NCBI GenBank assembly: GCA_951406725.2
Contig: OX597814.1
Span: 203,422,001-203,486,000, forward strand
Direction: 5' to 3'
Source: Octopus vulgaris
Lineage: Eukaryota
Length of the DNA: 64,000 nt
A model generated the notes under the pieces. It was not told the DNA's origin. It worked only from the letters and a program-made list of their open reading frames with translations, and made no database searches. This document shows, piece after piece, positions 27,364 through 38,700 of the stretch; within the stretch, counting starts at the first letter, position 1, and each line of letters begins with the position of its first letter. The position numbers and the translations under genes are program-made.

Positions 27364-30300
27364 TAATAATAATAATAGAAGTAGTAGTAGTATAATAATA
27401 ATAATAATTTCCACTATAGGCATAAGGCCTGAAATTTGGGTAAGTGGGACTAGCTGATTATATTGACCCCCAACACCTGACAGTGATAACAAATGATGTG
27501 CATGGTACATGGGATAAAAAGACAAAAAAGTGAACTGTAAAAGATCTATAAAGATGAAAGAATGCCTATGGCAAATTACAGATTAAATAATCATAAAACC
27601 ATCAGTTATTGCAAAGAAATAATGAATTATATTTTCGGGAACGAAAAAATATTAATAATAAGAAAAAACATGACTATAAGAAATACCAGTTTGTTTTGAA
27701 ATACTTTAAATCAAAATATGTTGTGAGGCAAAGAATTATTGTGTATATTGCAAACAACTCTTATAATTAATTTTAGTTGAAATATTAAATCTCAATATTA
27801 TTGCAATATAGTTTTTTAAATATTTTGTTTTTGTGAGGTAATTATATGTTTATTGGTAATAATCTATAGATGAAATTAATGAATCTGTGAAATACAAATT
27901 TTATCTTCTATTGCTGAGTATAAGCTTAAGTGTGGCTGTGTGGTTAATAAGCTTCCCACCCATGTGGTTTCAGGTTCAGTCCCAATCTATAGCAGTTGCT
28001 TTCTACTATAGCACCACAGTGTTATCTCCTGCTTCATGTTTAAGTCACTTTAGCCATTGGCTTGCCTATCCTTGAACTGACACTAGTTCACTTTCACTCC
28101 CCTTAAATGGGTATTGTAGAGGCAAAGGTAGTTCACTGCTACTAGCAGCAAAGACAAAGCAGACATAATGTTTTGTTAATGTTTAATCCTTATTTCCAAT
28201 GCACCCATAGCCAGAAAAAGGCAATGGGAAATCTATTCGGTGTGTTTCTACATATGGAATCTTCACATCTTGATAGTTCTTCAATGGATCACCAAATAAT
28301 TCATTGAGTTACAATGTTAATGTCTTTCTTTAATGTAGTTAGATGTTGAAGCTACATATTAAAGAACACGCACACATGTACTTAATTCTAATACTATTAT
28401 AATAATTGTTAATATAAATATGAATAGTTATGATGTCTTTCTCGTATTTTTTATCTCAAATGTATTTATTGTTTGTTTTTATGTTTTATATATGCCTTGT
28501 TTCTTTCATGCAATTCATTTAAGTGTTATATTTTGCATTTTACATATATAGAATTTATGGTTTCAACAGGCGTGTTCTGCTACCTACACCGCCCAAGCTG
28601 AGCAAAGAAGAACGGCGCCAACAGTTTGAGGCCCAAGTAAGAGCAGAAGATGAACGTGCAGAATTTCAAAAGCAACAAGAAGCAGCTTACATTCAACAAC
28701 AACAAGAATATATGCAACAATACAATATTTCTGGGGAAGGCAATGGCTATGATTACTATGCACAGCATGACCCAAATATTGCTTACCAACAAGATCCAAA
28801 CATGGTTTACCAGCATGATCCGAATGTAGCATATACACAAGATCCTTCAGCAGTGGTAGCTTACCAAGCAGACCCAGTGACTGGAATGTTTCCAAATCCT
28901 GCTACATACCCACAAGATCCAAATGCTCAGTATCAAGACCCCAACAGTGTTTACCATCTATCCAATTATCTCATACCACCCCCTACAGATCCAGCTGCCT
29001 ATGCAGTGTCAACAGCTGATCCAGCTGTATACCCAGTGCCACCCCCAACAGATCCTAATGCTTATCAAATACACCCAACTGACCCAAATGCTTATCAAAT
29101 ACAACCACCTGATGCAAATGCTTATTCTGTAACCCCTACGGACCCAAATGCATACCAGGTCCCTGCACCTGAACAAACGACTTTCCAAACCACCACAGAA
29201 CAGACTAGTTATCAGACTGAAAGCAACAACTATCAGATATCTGTTCCACCACCTGTTACGCCTGTACCTGCTGAGCCTAGTTATCCAAAACCAAGTGTAG
29301 CAGTAACAGCTGCTACTTCACCAGCAGTTACTCAACAACCATCAGGTAAGAAAACATGTACACTTACAAAATACTCACACAAACAGGCACACATATTCAC
29401 ATATATACACAGACATGACAGAAGTAAATAGACACCCTTATAATCAAAATTTATTTAAATCTGAAATTATACATTGAAATTATTTATTAATTCTTAAATT
29501 ATAATGCCCTTTGCATTTTTCAATGCAAGGACCCCATTAGGTATGTTACTGATCAGATGACAAATATTCTCTCGTGGAATTTCTTGCCAAGTTTCATGTA
29601 GTAATCTCAAAAGATCTGGCTTTGAAGATGCTTTCTTGTTCTTTTTATGAAGTGTCCTGTCCATTATGCCCCAGAGGTGTTCAATAGGGTTCATATCTGG
29701 TGACTGGCTTGGCCATGGAAGCTTTTTAATGCCATTCTCATCCAACAAATCTTGGGTCATTTTAACCGTGAAACAAGGAGCCCTTTCTTCCATAAATAAA
29801 GAGTCTTTAATCATTTCACCTCTGGAGAAGATTGGAACGAGTCCTTTCTGCAATATGGACACAAATTTATCTTGAGTTTGTTTCCCTCACTCTCCACCAG
29901 CTCTGATCAATCATTGTTCCCCAGACCGTCACAGAGTAGCTGTTGTGTTGCATTTTTGGCTGCAATCTTTTCACACCAAATTCTTGATTACAGAGTCTCC
30001 AGACCCACAATCGACCACTGTTAGGAAATACAGTAAATCTGGACTCATTAGAGACTATGACAGTGTCCAAAAATGCTAACGACCTCTCCACCATCTCACT
30101 GGCCCAATCTTTTCTGGGACTGACATCAACTTGTTCTGCTATGTCAAGCCTTGCAACAAGAATTATCCTCCACACTTCTCTTAACAAAGAGAAGGGTCCT
30201 GTCAGAGGGCCCTGGTTGATCTGGGCGAGGTGATGTGGACTCCTTCTTCTCTCTGGTGAATTACACAATCATTCTGTTAACTGTTGAAAGTGGGATCCCA

Positions 30301-33300
30301 AGGTTTTCTGCGATTTTACACTGACTATACCCACCTTCAGAATGACCTACAATATGGCCTCTTTGAAATTCAGACAGTTCCAAGGATTCTTTTGAACATG
30401 GCGTGATTAAACAGTCACGTATAGAACCTGAAACATAAAAATGTCAATTAATAAAAAATATAAAATCATTACAAGTTAGAATCAGCATAAAATAATGATG
30501 TTTTATGGAGTTAATAAAAATAAAATCAATCTAGAGTAGTGGATTGGAAGTACTATAAGAATGCCAGATGAGATGGCTTGCAGTATTTTCTTCCAGGCCT
30601 TTGCATTCTGAGTTCAAATCCTGTCATACCTACTTGGGTGGTAGACTACACCCATCACCCACTTTCATCCCACTGTCTGACACCTTTAGTGTCTTTACTG
30701 GAATTATTTCTGTCACAAGCATCCAGACTTGGTTTCAATTTTGAAGATAGCTTCTTCCTTTCCTTCCACTGGCTTCAAAGGCTCTGCATAAAGTCATGAT
30801 CACTGCCCTTCTGCCACCATTATCAGAGGACTGTGTTGTGCTCCACTGTCTACTTTGGTTGGATTTCTATGGCAGGATGCCCTTCTTAATGTCAGACACT
30901 TTAGAGAGAGTGTTGGGTAGACTTTTTCTCTTTTTTGTGGCACCAGCACTTGTGAGGTTGCCAATGCAGCTTGCAAGACAAGACTCCTCAGCTGAGTCTT
31001 GGTGCAGTATTGAGAGTGGTGGCTTTGTGCCAGGTGTTGAGATACTCAATTATGATGGTTACCCTCTACACATGGTGACGATCAAAAGTGTGTGTGTCCC
31101 CATCATCATTGTTTAATGTTCCTTTTCCATGCTGGCATGGGTTGGACAGTTTGATAGGAGCTGTCCAGATTCCAATTGTCTGCTTTGGCATGGCTTCTAC
31201 AGCTGGATGCCCTTCCTAATGCCAACCACTTCACAGAGTGTGCTGGATGCTTTTTATGTGGCACTGGCACCGGCCAGACAGACCTCTCAGCTGGGAGAGG
31301 GAGTGGCAGCATGGCCATCAAGGACATGTCTGTGTGTGTATATATTATAAACACATTTTCTTTCTAGAATTTAAATACTGAATCTTTCGTTGAACTCTTG
31401 TTTTTGAATTTAATTGTATTAAGATAGTATATAGTGTCTACATTGTCTTACAGTTTAAGCTACACTCTATAAATGAAATAAACGGATAACTTTGGTGTTA
31501 AATACACATATATTTAAAATTTTTAAATGAAATGTTGAAATATTGTTAAATTTCAGTTGCAGAAGCTCTTTCAGAACATTGCTTTATGCCAGCACCAAGT
31601 GTACCAGTTGTACTTGAAACAGGCACCCCTCAGACAACACCTAATCATAGTGTTCTACCAACAATGACACCAACATATATAGAACCTGGGAGCTCTGTAC
31701 CTACTTTGTATTCTAATACACCTGCTTTTTCTGTAAGTTTATATCCTAAATTTCCTGTTCTTATTATTTATAGTTTTTATTCTTTTAATACTATGCTGAT
31801 AAATGTTTACATCTTCACAATTAATAAATTGTCTTTTTCTTCTATATTACAACAATACAATTGTTATATAAGTAAATAGAATTTATTAATGAAAGTATTA
31901 TGCTGCAAAGACTTCATGGTAAATATCATGTCTGGTTTACACATCAAAAGTAATGTAATTGGGCTTTTAACAAAGAAAACTATGATATCCATTTATGCTT
32001 TACTTAATTAATTCCAGAGAAACTTGTGTTGTTTTATAGTAAACTTTCCAGGTTAAAGAAAATTTGGGTTTTGCAGTTTTGTTGTTGCGAATTTTCTGTA
32101 GAATTGAAAGTGGGTTTACTGTAAATATAAAACATGTATTCTATGATGAGTAGAGCTTCAGGCTGGCTCTATAACTAAGAAGTTTATTTCCCAACCACAT
32201 TGGTTCAGTTTCTATCTCACTCCATGGCACCTTCGGCAAGTGTCTTCTAATAACAGACTAGAGCTAACCAAAACCTTGTGAGCAGATTTTGTTGATGGAA
32301 ACTGAAAGACGGCTGTTGTGCCTGTGTTTGTGTTCTTCTGGTAATTGTAAATTAGTATCCCTGTTAGAGTGCCCTTCATTTCCAATCTTCTGTGAAAACA
32401 TGTCTGTCTATGGGGAAATATTACCACCTTAGTTGGCAACAGAAAGGGCATCAGGCTGTAGAAAAATCTGCCTCAGTAAACACCAGCAGCCCCATGCCAG
32501 CATGAGAAACTGGATGTTAAAATGACATTGATAACATTGATGATAATATTTCCGTTTGAATTATTTCCGTTAGCATAAACCAGTGGTTCTCAGCTGGGGT
32601 ACATATGGTCTCTGGAACTCCATGTGACCTGGGTGTCCACTTAAGAAAAATAGTAAATTGGGTCCACATTATCATCATCGTTTAATGCCTGTTTTCCATG
32701 CTGGACAGTTTTTCATGTTGGATGGTTTGACTGAGGTCTGGAGAGCTAGTGGCTGTACCAGGCTCCAATCTGAACTGTCAATGTTTCTATGGCTGGATGC
32801 CCTTCCTAATGCCAACTACTCCGAGAGTGTAGTGGGTGCTTTTTACATGTCACTGGCACAGGAGCCTGGCATTCATCACGTTCAGATGGTGCTTTTTACA
32901 TGCCACTGGCAGAAGAGCCAGTCAGGGGGTACTGGCATCAGCCACGATTGGTTGGTGCTTTTTACGTGCCATTGGCACATGAGCTGGTCAGGTGGACATG
33001 GTATCAACCACATTCAGATGGTGCTTTTTACGTGCCATCGGCCACGTTCGGTTGGTGCTTTTTTATGTGCCACCGACATCAGGGCCAGTCAGGCGGACCT
33101 GGCATCGACCATGTTCTGATGGTGCTTTTTACGTACCACTGGCATGGGAGCCAATTGGGGCACTGGCCACAGCTACGATATTGGTTTTACTTGACAGGGT
33201 CGGTGATTTTAAGGGCTGTAGATGTATTTATTGTAAGAAACATTAGGTTTCTTTCTCTAATGTTTTATGGTGTCCAAACTGTGCAAGTGAATGTGTAAAT

Positions 33301-35750
33301 AGCAAAATAGGAATTTTGGAAGAAGTATCTATAAAATTAGCTTTTACACATCAAATCACTATGGGGTCCATCAGAATAAAATAGTAATCAAAGGGATCCA
33401 TAGATAAAAAATAGTTAAGAACTGTTGGTCTAAACACAGATACCCATCATAATTAGACCATGATTATCTGATTTTCTTCCATGAACTACTCTACTAAAAC
33501 AAATACTTAATGTACATCTTTTCTTTCTCTTCAGGTTCAATCCAAGTACATGACTACACCTCAAACAAGTCAGACGACATCCTACCCACAAACAACACCT
33601 CCTCAATCCAGCACTCTACCTCAGCTACCCCCTCAGCCTCCGCAGCTGCCTGCAGCTTCTCTTGTTAATGTTCCTCCTCCGACTCCATCATCAACTCCGC
33701 AGACACCATTATTTGTGCAAGGCCAACAAGGCCAGCCGCCACAGCAGCCACCAGCAGCACCTCCTCAGGTTTTCTATCCTCCAACACCACAAGCACTGGT
33801 TGTACCTCCTCCACAGCATTTCTCTCAGCCCCAGGCCTCAACTCCAGCCGTTGCTAGCTCACAAGTTGTACAAATTAACCAAGGATTGTTTGCTTGTCAA
33901 CAGGTAAATTGCTTTAGATTACATTGTGGTTAGGAAGACAATATTGTGATTACCTATTAGTTTTTTTTTGTTTTTTTTTTAATCTGAACAGCTGCAAACA
34001 TGGTTGTGTGGTTTGTGCAAAGTTCACTTTGCAACCATGCAGTTTCAGGTTCAGTCCCACTGCATGGCTCCTTGGGTGTGTGTCTTCTACTATAGCCCTT
34101 GGCCAACCGGTGCTTTTTGAGTGGAAGCTCAGCATATGTATGTATGTTTCAGTTTGTTTAAATCCCTGTAACTTAATGGCTCTGCAAATAGAGACCAGTT
34201 TAATAAGTAGCAGACTTAAAGATAATGATGGAGGTTGATTTGATCAGGTAAAACCCATCAAGGTTGTGCCCCAATATGGTCTTAGTTCAGTGACTGAAAC
34301 AAATGAAAGAAAAATGTTCAAAATTTTGCTAATGCTGTACCTTTGCTGGCGCCACATAAAAAAAAAACCAAGTACACTCTAAAGTGGCTGGCATTAAGAA
34401 GGGCATCCATCTGTAGAGTCTACACCAAAACTGAGAATTGGAGCCTGGTGCAACCCTTCATCTGGCCAGCTCCTGTCAAACCATCCAACCCATGTCAGCA
34501 TGGAAAAGGACTTCAAATAATGATGATTACAAACAGTGACATTTTGATATTTTAAACGTGAATTTAGTGGAGTGCTAAGATTACCATATGAGTGAGATCA
34601 TTGCCAGAGCAACAAGATGGCACGTTAAACACACCATTCGAGTGTGATCATTACTGCGTCACCTTACTAGCACTTGTGTTGGTGGCATGTGAAATATTCG
34701 GGCAAGGTCGTCACCAGTGCCGCTGGACTGGTTCCTGTGCAGGTGGCACATAAAAAGCACCATTTGAGCATGGCCGTTGCCAGTACCACCAAACTGGCCC
34801 TCATGCCAGTGGCATGTAAAAACAGCCACTACACTCTCGGAGTGGTTCGCGTTAGGAAGGGCATCCAGCTGTAGAAAGTCTGCCAGATCAGATTGGAGTT
34901 TGGTTCGCCAGACCTCAGTCAAATCGTCCAACCCATGCTAGCATGGAAAGCAGACATTAAATGATGAATTTCTAAATTCTCACCACTTGTTTTCACTTTG
35001 TTTAACCTCAATTCAAACTGTCCACTTCCAGGTTGACCAATTACAACAGCTACAAATGCAAAACATTGTTTTACCATCAACAACTTCAACTAATGCAGCA
35101 ACCGATGACGAACCTCCTCCACCACCCTCACCTCCAAAGCCAAAAGTTACCAAGCTTCCAGCCAACTGGAAGATAGCTAAAGATGCTGAAGGAAAACAGT
35201 ATTATTATCATACCCTAACGAGGTGATTAAAATTCATTGCTCTTTTTAATGTTTGTTTTTCCTCTTTCTAAATTATACATTTTTTTAGTGGTAGCATATG
35301 TTGCAAATTGCCTGCAAATTAACATATATATTTTCTCGTTAACTAAACTGATGTGAATAATGTTGACACAGCTTATTTTGGTGGTAATTCTAGAATAATG
35401 TTGTTCTATGTGTTTTGGTCTTTTATTTAAAACTGCCATATCTGGACTAAATATTCCACCCGCTTAATGTTCAAACTGGCCCACTCTGACCCCTCACACC
35501 TACTCTACAATGTCATTCTAAAAATTAATATGGTTTGAAGGAGATTTGGCTGCTATTTCTGGCAGCTCTACATAATGGAGACTATTGGAAACAGGTAGTG
35601 TAAAAACAGAAATCCAAATTTAACCTTGTTTGTTCAATTTTTTTATATCTCTCAATAGAAAATTTATTCAGTTTGAATAAAGAAACCAAAAATGAAAGAA
35701 AAAAATTTAGAGCAGTAATCCTAGTTATGATTTAGTTTCGGTGGCCATAA

Positions 35751-35794
<44 letters not shown>

Positions 35795-38700
35795 TATATT
35801 AACAAACTGTATTTTATTACCATGTAATTGGCTTGTTTAGTTACTGTCATCATTATCTTTTCACCGACAGACATGTTCCTTGCTTGGCATAGGTTAGATC
35901 AGTGGTTCTCAGTCAGGGTCCGCATAAAATTTGTTGTTAAAATCTATGTGTAATAAATTGGTTATACTTCTAAAAATATTTAAATTTTTGTTTACAATTC
36001 CTAATATTTAATTATAAAAATACAGTAAGGTTTTTTTATATAGGCACAGGGGTGGCTGTGTGGTAAGAAGCTTGCATCCTAACCACATGGTTCTGGGCTC
36101 AGTTCCACTGCATGGCCTCTTGGGCAAGTGTCTTCTACTATAGCCTTGGGCCAACCAAAGCCTTGTGAGTGGATTTGGTAGACGGAAACTGAAAGCAGCC
36201 CGGTGTGTGTGTATTTGTGTGTCTGCTTGTCGCCCCATCACTTGAGAACCGATGTTAAAGTGTTCGTGTCCCTGTAACATAGCGGTTCAGCAAAAAAAAA
36301 AAAAACCTATAGGATAAGTACTAGGCTTACAAAGAATGAGTCCTGGGGTTGATTTGTTTGACTAAAGGCGGTGCTCCAGCATGGCCACAGTCAAATGACT
36401 GAAACCAGTAAAAAAAAATAATAGAATATACATCAAATGGTTATGGAGGTCCAGCAGAGTAAAGTAGGGATAAAAAGGGTCCAGTGGTAAAAAAATGGTT
36501 GAGAACCACTGGGTTAGATAGAGAGTGTTGTTATACAAATATTATTGAAGCATATTTCTGACTGGGTTTTTAAAAAACTTTTTCTCTCTCAGGCAAACAC
36601 AGTGGGATCTCCCAAAATGGGACCAAAGTGATCAAGATGATATGGATCTGGGAACACCAACTCACGATGAACCACAAAACAAGGTATATAAATAAACATC
36701 GTTCAATTCATTTCTGTATTTGAGAGATGAGGAATTATGTACATTATTTACATTTGACGGATATTTGTCCTCATCTTGTTTGTTGTAAACACAATGTTTC
36801 TGCTGATGTACTCTCCAGCCTTCATGAGGTGTACTGGGGGAATTTCGAACCTGAGTTCTCATTCCTAAGGTATTTTTCTGATGTTGTTATTATTCAGGTC
36901 ACTGCTTGGAATCGAACTCGAAATTTTGTGGTTAGTAGCCCGTGCTCTTAACCACAAGATTCTGAGTTCAATTCCAGGCAGTGATCTAAGTAATAATAAT
37001 AATAATAACATCGGGAAAATACCTTGTGAATGAGAACCCAGGTTCGAAATTCCCCCAGGACACCTGATGAAGGCTGAAACGTGTTAACAACAAACAAGAT
37101 GAGGACAAATATCTATCAAATGTAATTAATGGTCATTCACTTCCTCTCTCTCTTTCTCACTCTGTCTCTCTGCCTGTGACTTGTTATAGGGTCTCTAAAA
37201 CTGGTAGGAGGTGAGAGGAAGTATCCTCATGTCTCCATGTCTACTCTGGCTTGGTGCGGTTCTATGGCTTGATGTCGTTCCTAATGCCAACCATTTTACA
37301 GTGTGTACTGGGTGTTTGGGTTTTTTTTTCATAGCACCAACATTATTGAGGGAGTGTGAATGAAGATGGTGGGAGGAGGGACAACTGGTTCTTGTAGAGG
37401 AGCTGCAAAGAGATAAATAGTGGGGTTAGGTGAGGTATGGTGGGGGTATCCAGATGGCCCCCTGAAGGTGAGAGGTGAGTAGAAGTGGGAGGAGGAAGTT
37501 TGGGAGATTGTATGGGGGGAAAGGAGGTGAGGGGATGAGAGTGGGGGGAAGTAGCAGCTGTAAATATTGGATGGGATTGAAGGGTGGTTGTAGGAGTGGT
37601 TGATGACTAATGAGTTGGCAAAGGTAGAGGATGCAGAAAAGAATGGGGTGGCGGAGATGATATGAGGTTGGGTAGGCTGCAGGAGTGGAGGTTGGGAAGG
37701 AGGGTAGTGAATGATGAGATAATTTAGTTAGTGGGAATTAATCGATGTAATTAGTGGGTGGAAAGAACAATATTAGAATGTCTGACAAGTAAAATGGTAC
37801 AGGTCACAGATAAAAGAAAGTGGTACAAAAGATGAGTGGGGAAGGGGTAATATGAGAAGGAGATAGAGTGAGGTGCCTATTTGTGCTTCTGTGCACACAC
37901 ACACTGCTTTCAGAACTCATTTTTGCTGAAGTGGACTTTTTGAGGACCATGCATTGCTAGTCATTTCAGTCCTTTATCATTTCGTCTGTGAGGTTTAGCA
38001 TTTTGAGGTCAGTCTTCACCACTTGAACCAATGTCTTCTTGTGCTCCCTTGTCCACAAGTTCAATTGGCACTTCTGTATACTGCTGTCCTCATTCATAGA
38101 TCCCATATATATATCATCATCATCGTTTAACATCTGCTTTCCATGCTGGTATGGGTTGGATGGTTTGACTGAGGTTTGGCAAGCCATTGGGCTGCACCAG
38201 GCTCCAATCTGATCTGGCAAGGTTTTTACAGCTGGATGCCAACCACTCCAAGAGTGTAGTAGGTGATTTTTACGTGCCACTTGCATAGGAGCCAGTCAGG
38301 CAGCACTGGCATTGAATATATATGAGAGAGAAAAAGGGAGACCTTACCTCTCCTTTGTTGTATCTTCTGTTATCTAACAATGCTATTTACATTTTAGTTC
38401 TTTAATTAATTATGGACTTAAATGTGAAATTGACGTTATTATTCTAAAGCAAGTTTAAGAATAACAGAAGATTTACTGATAGTGGTTGTTGACTCAAAAC
38501 TGAGAGTAGAATCAAATTCATTGTTAAATTCATGTTGACTGGGACTTATTCTCTCAAACCTGAGCCTTTGTATCTAACTACCCTCCACCTAGGGTCTTCA
38601 GCAAAAAATAAATAAATAGTTGCACACACAGCTCAAGAGTAACAATTGCAGGCAAACTAATAGGCAAGATTAAAAAAAAATTCAAGGGAATAACAATAAT

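Noticed and set aside
29494-30268. Active Tc1 transposase
   Set aside because: Split across frames, DESRF changed to NESRF, second catalytic Asp absent, and no clear TIRs found.
32658-33298. Recurring [18 protein letters not shown] peptide as a gene family
   Set aside because: It is the antisense translation of the RTE-tail repeat present in more than 20 copies.
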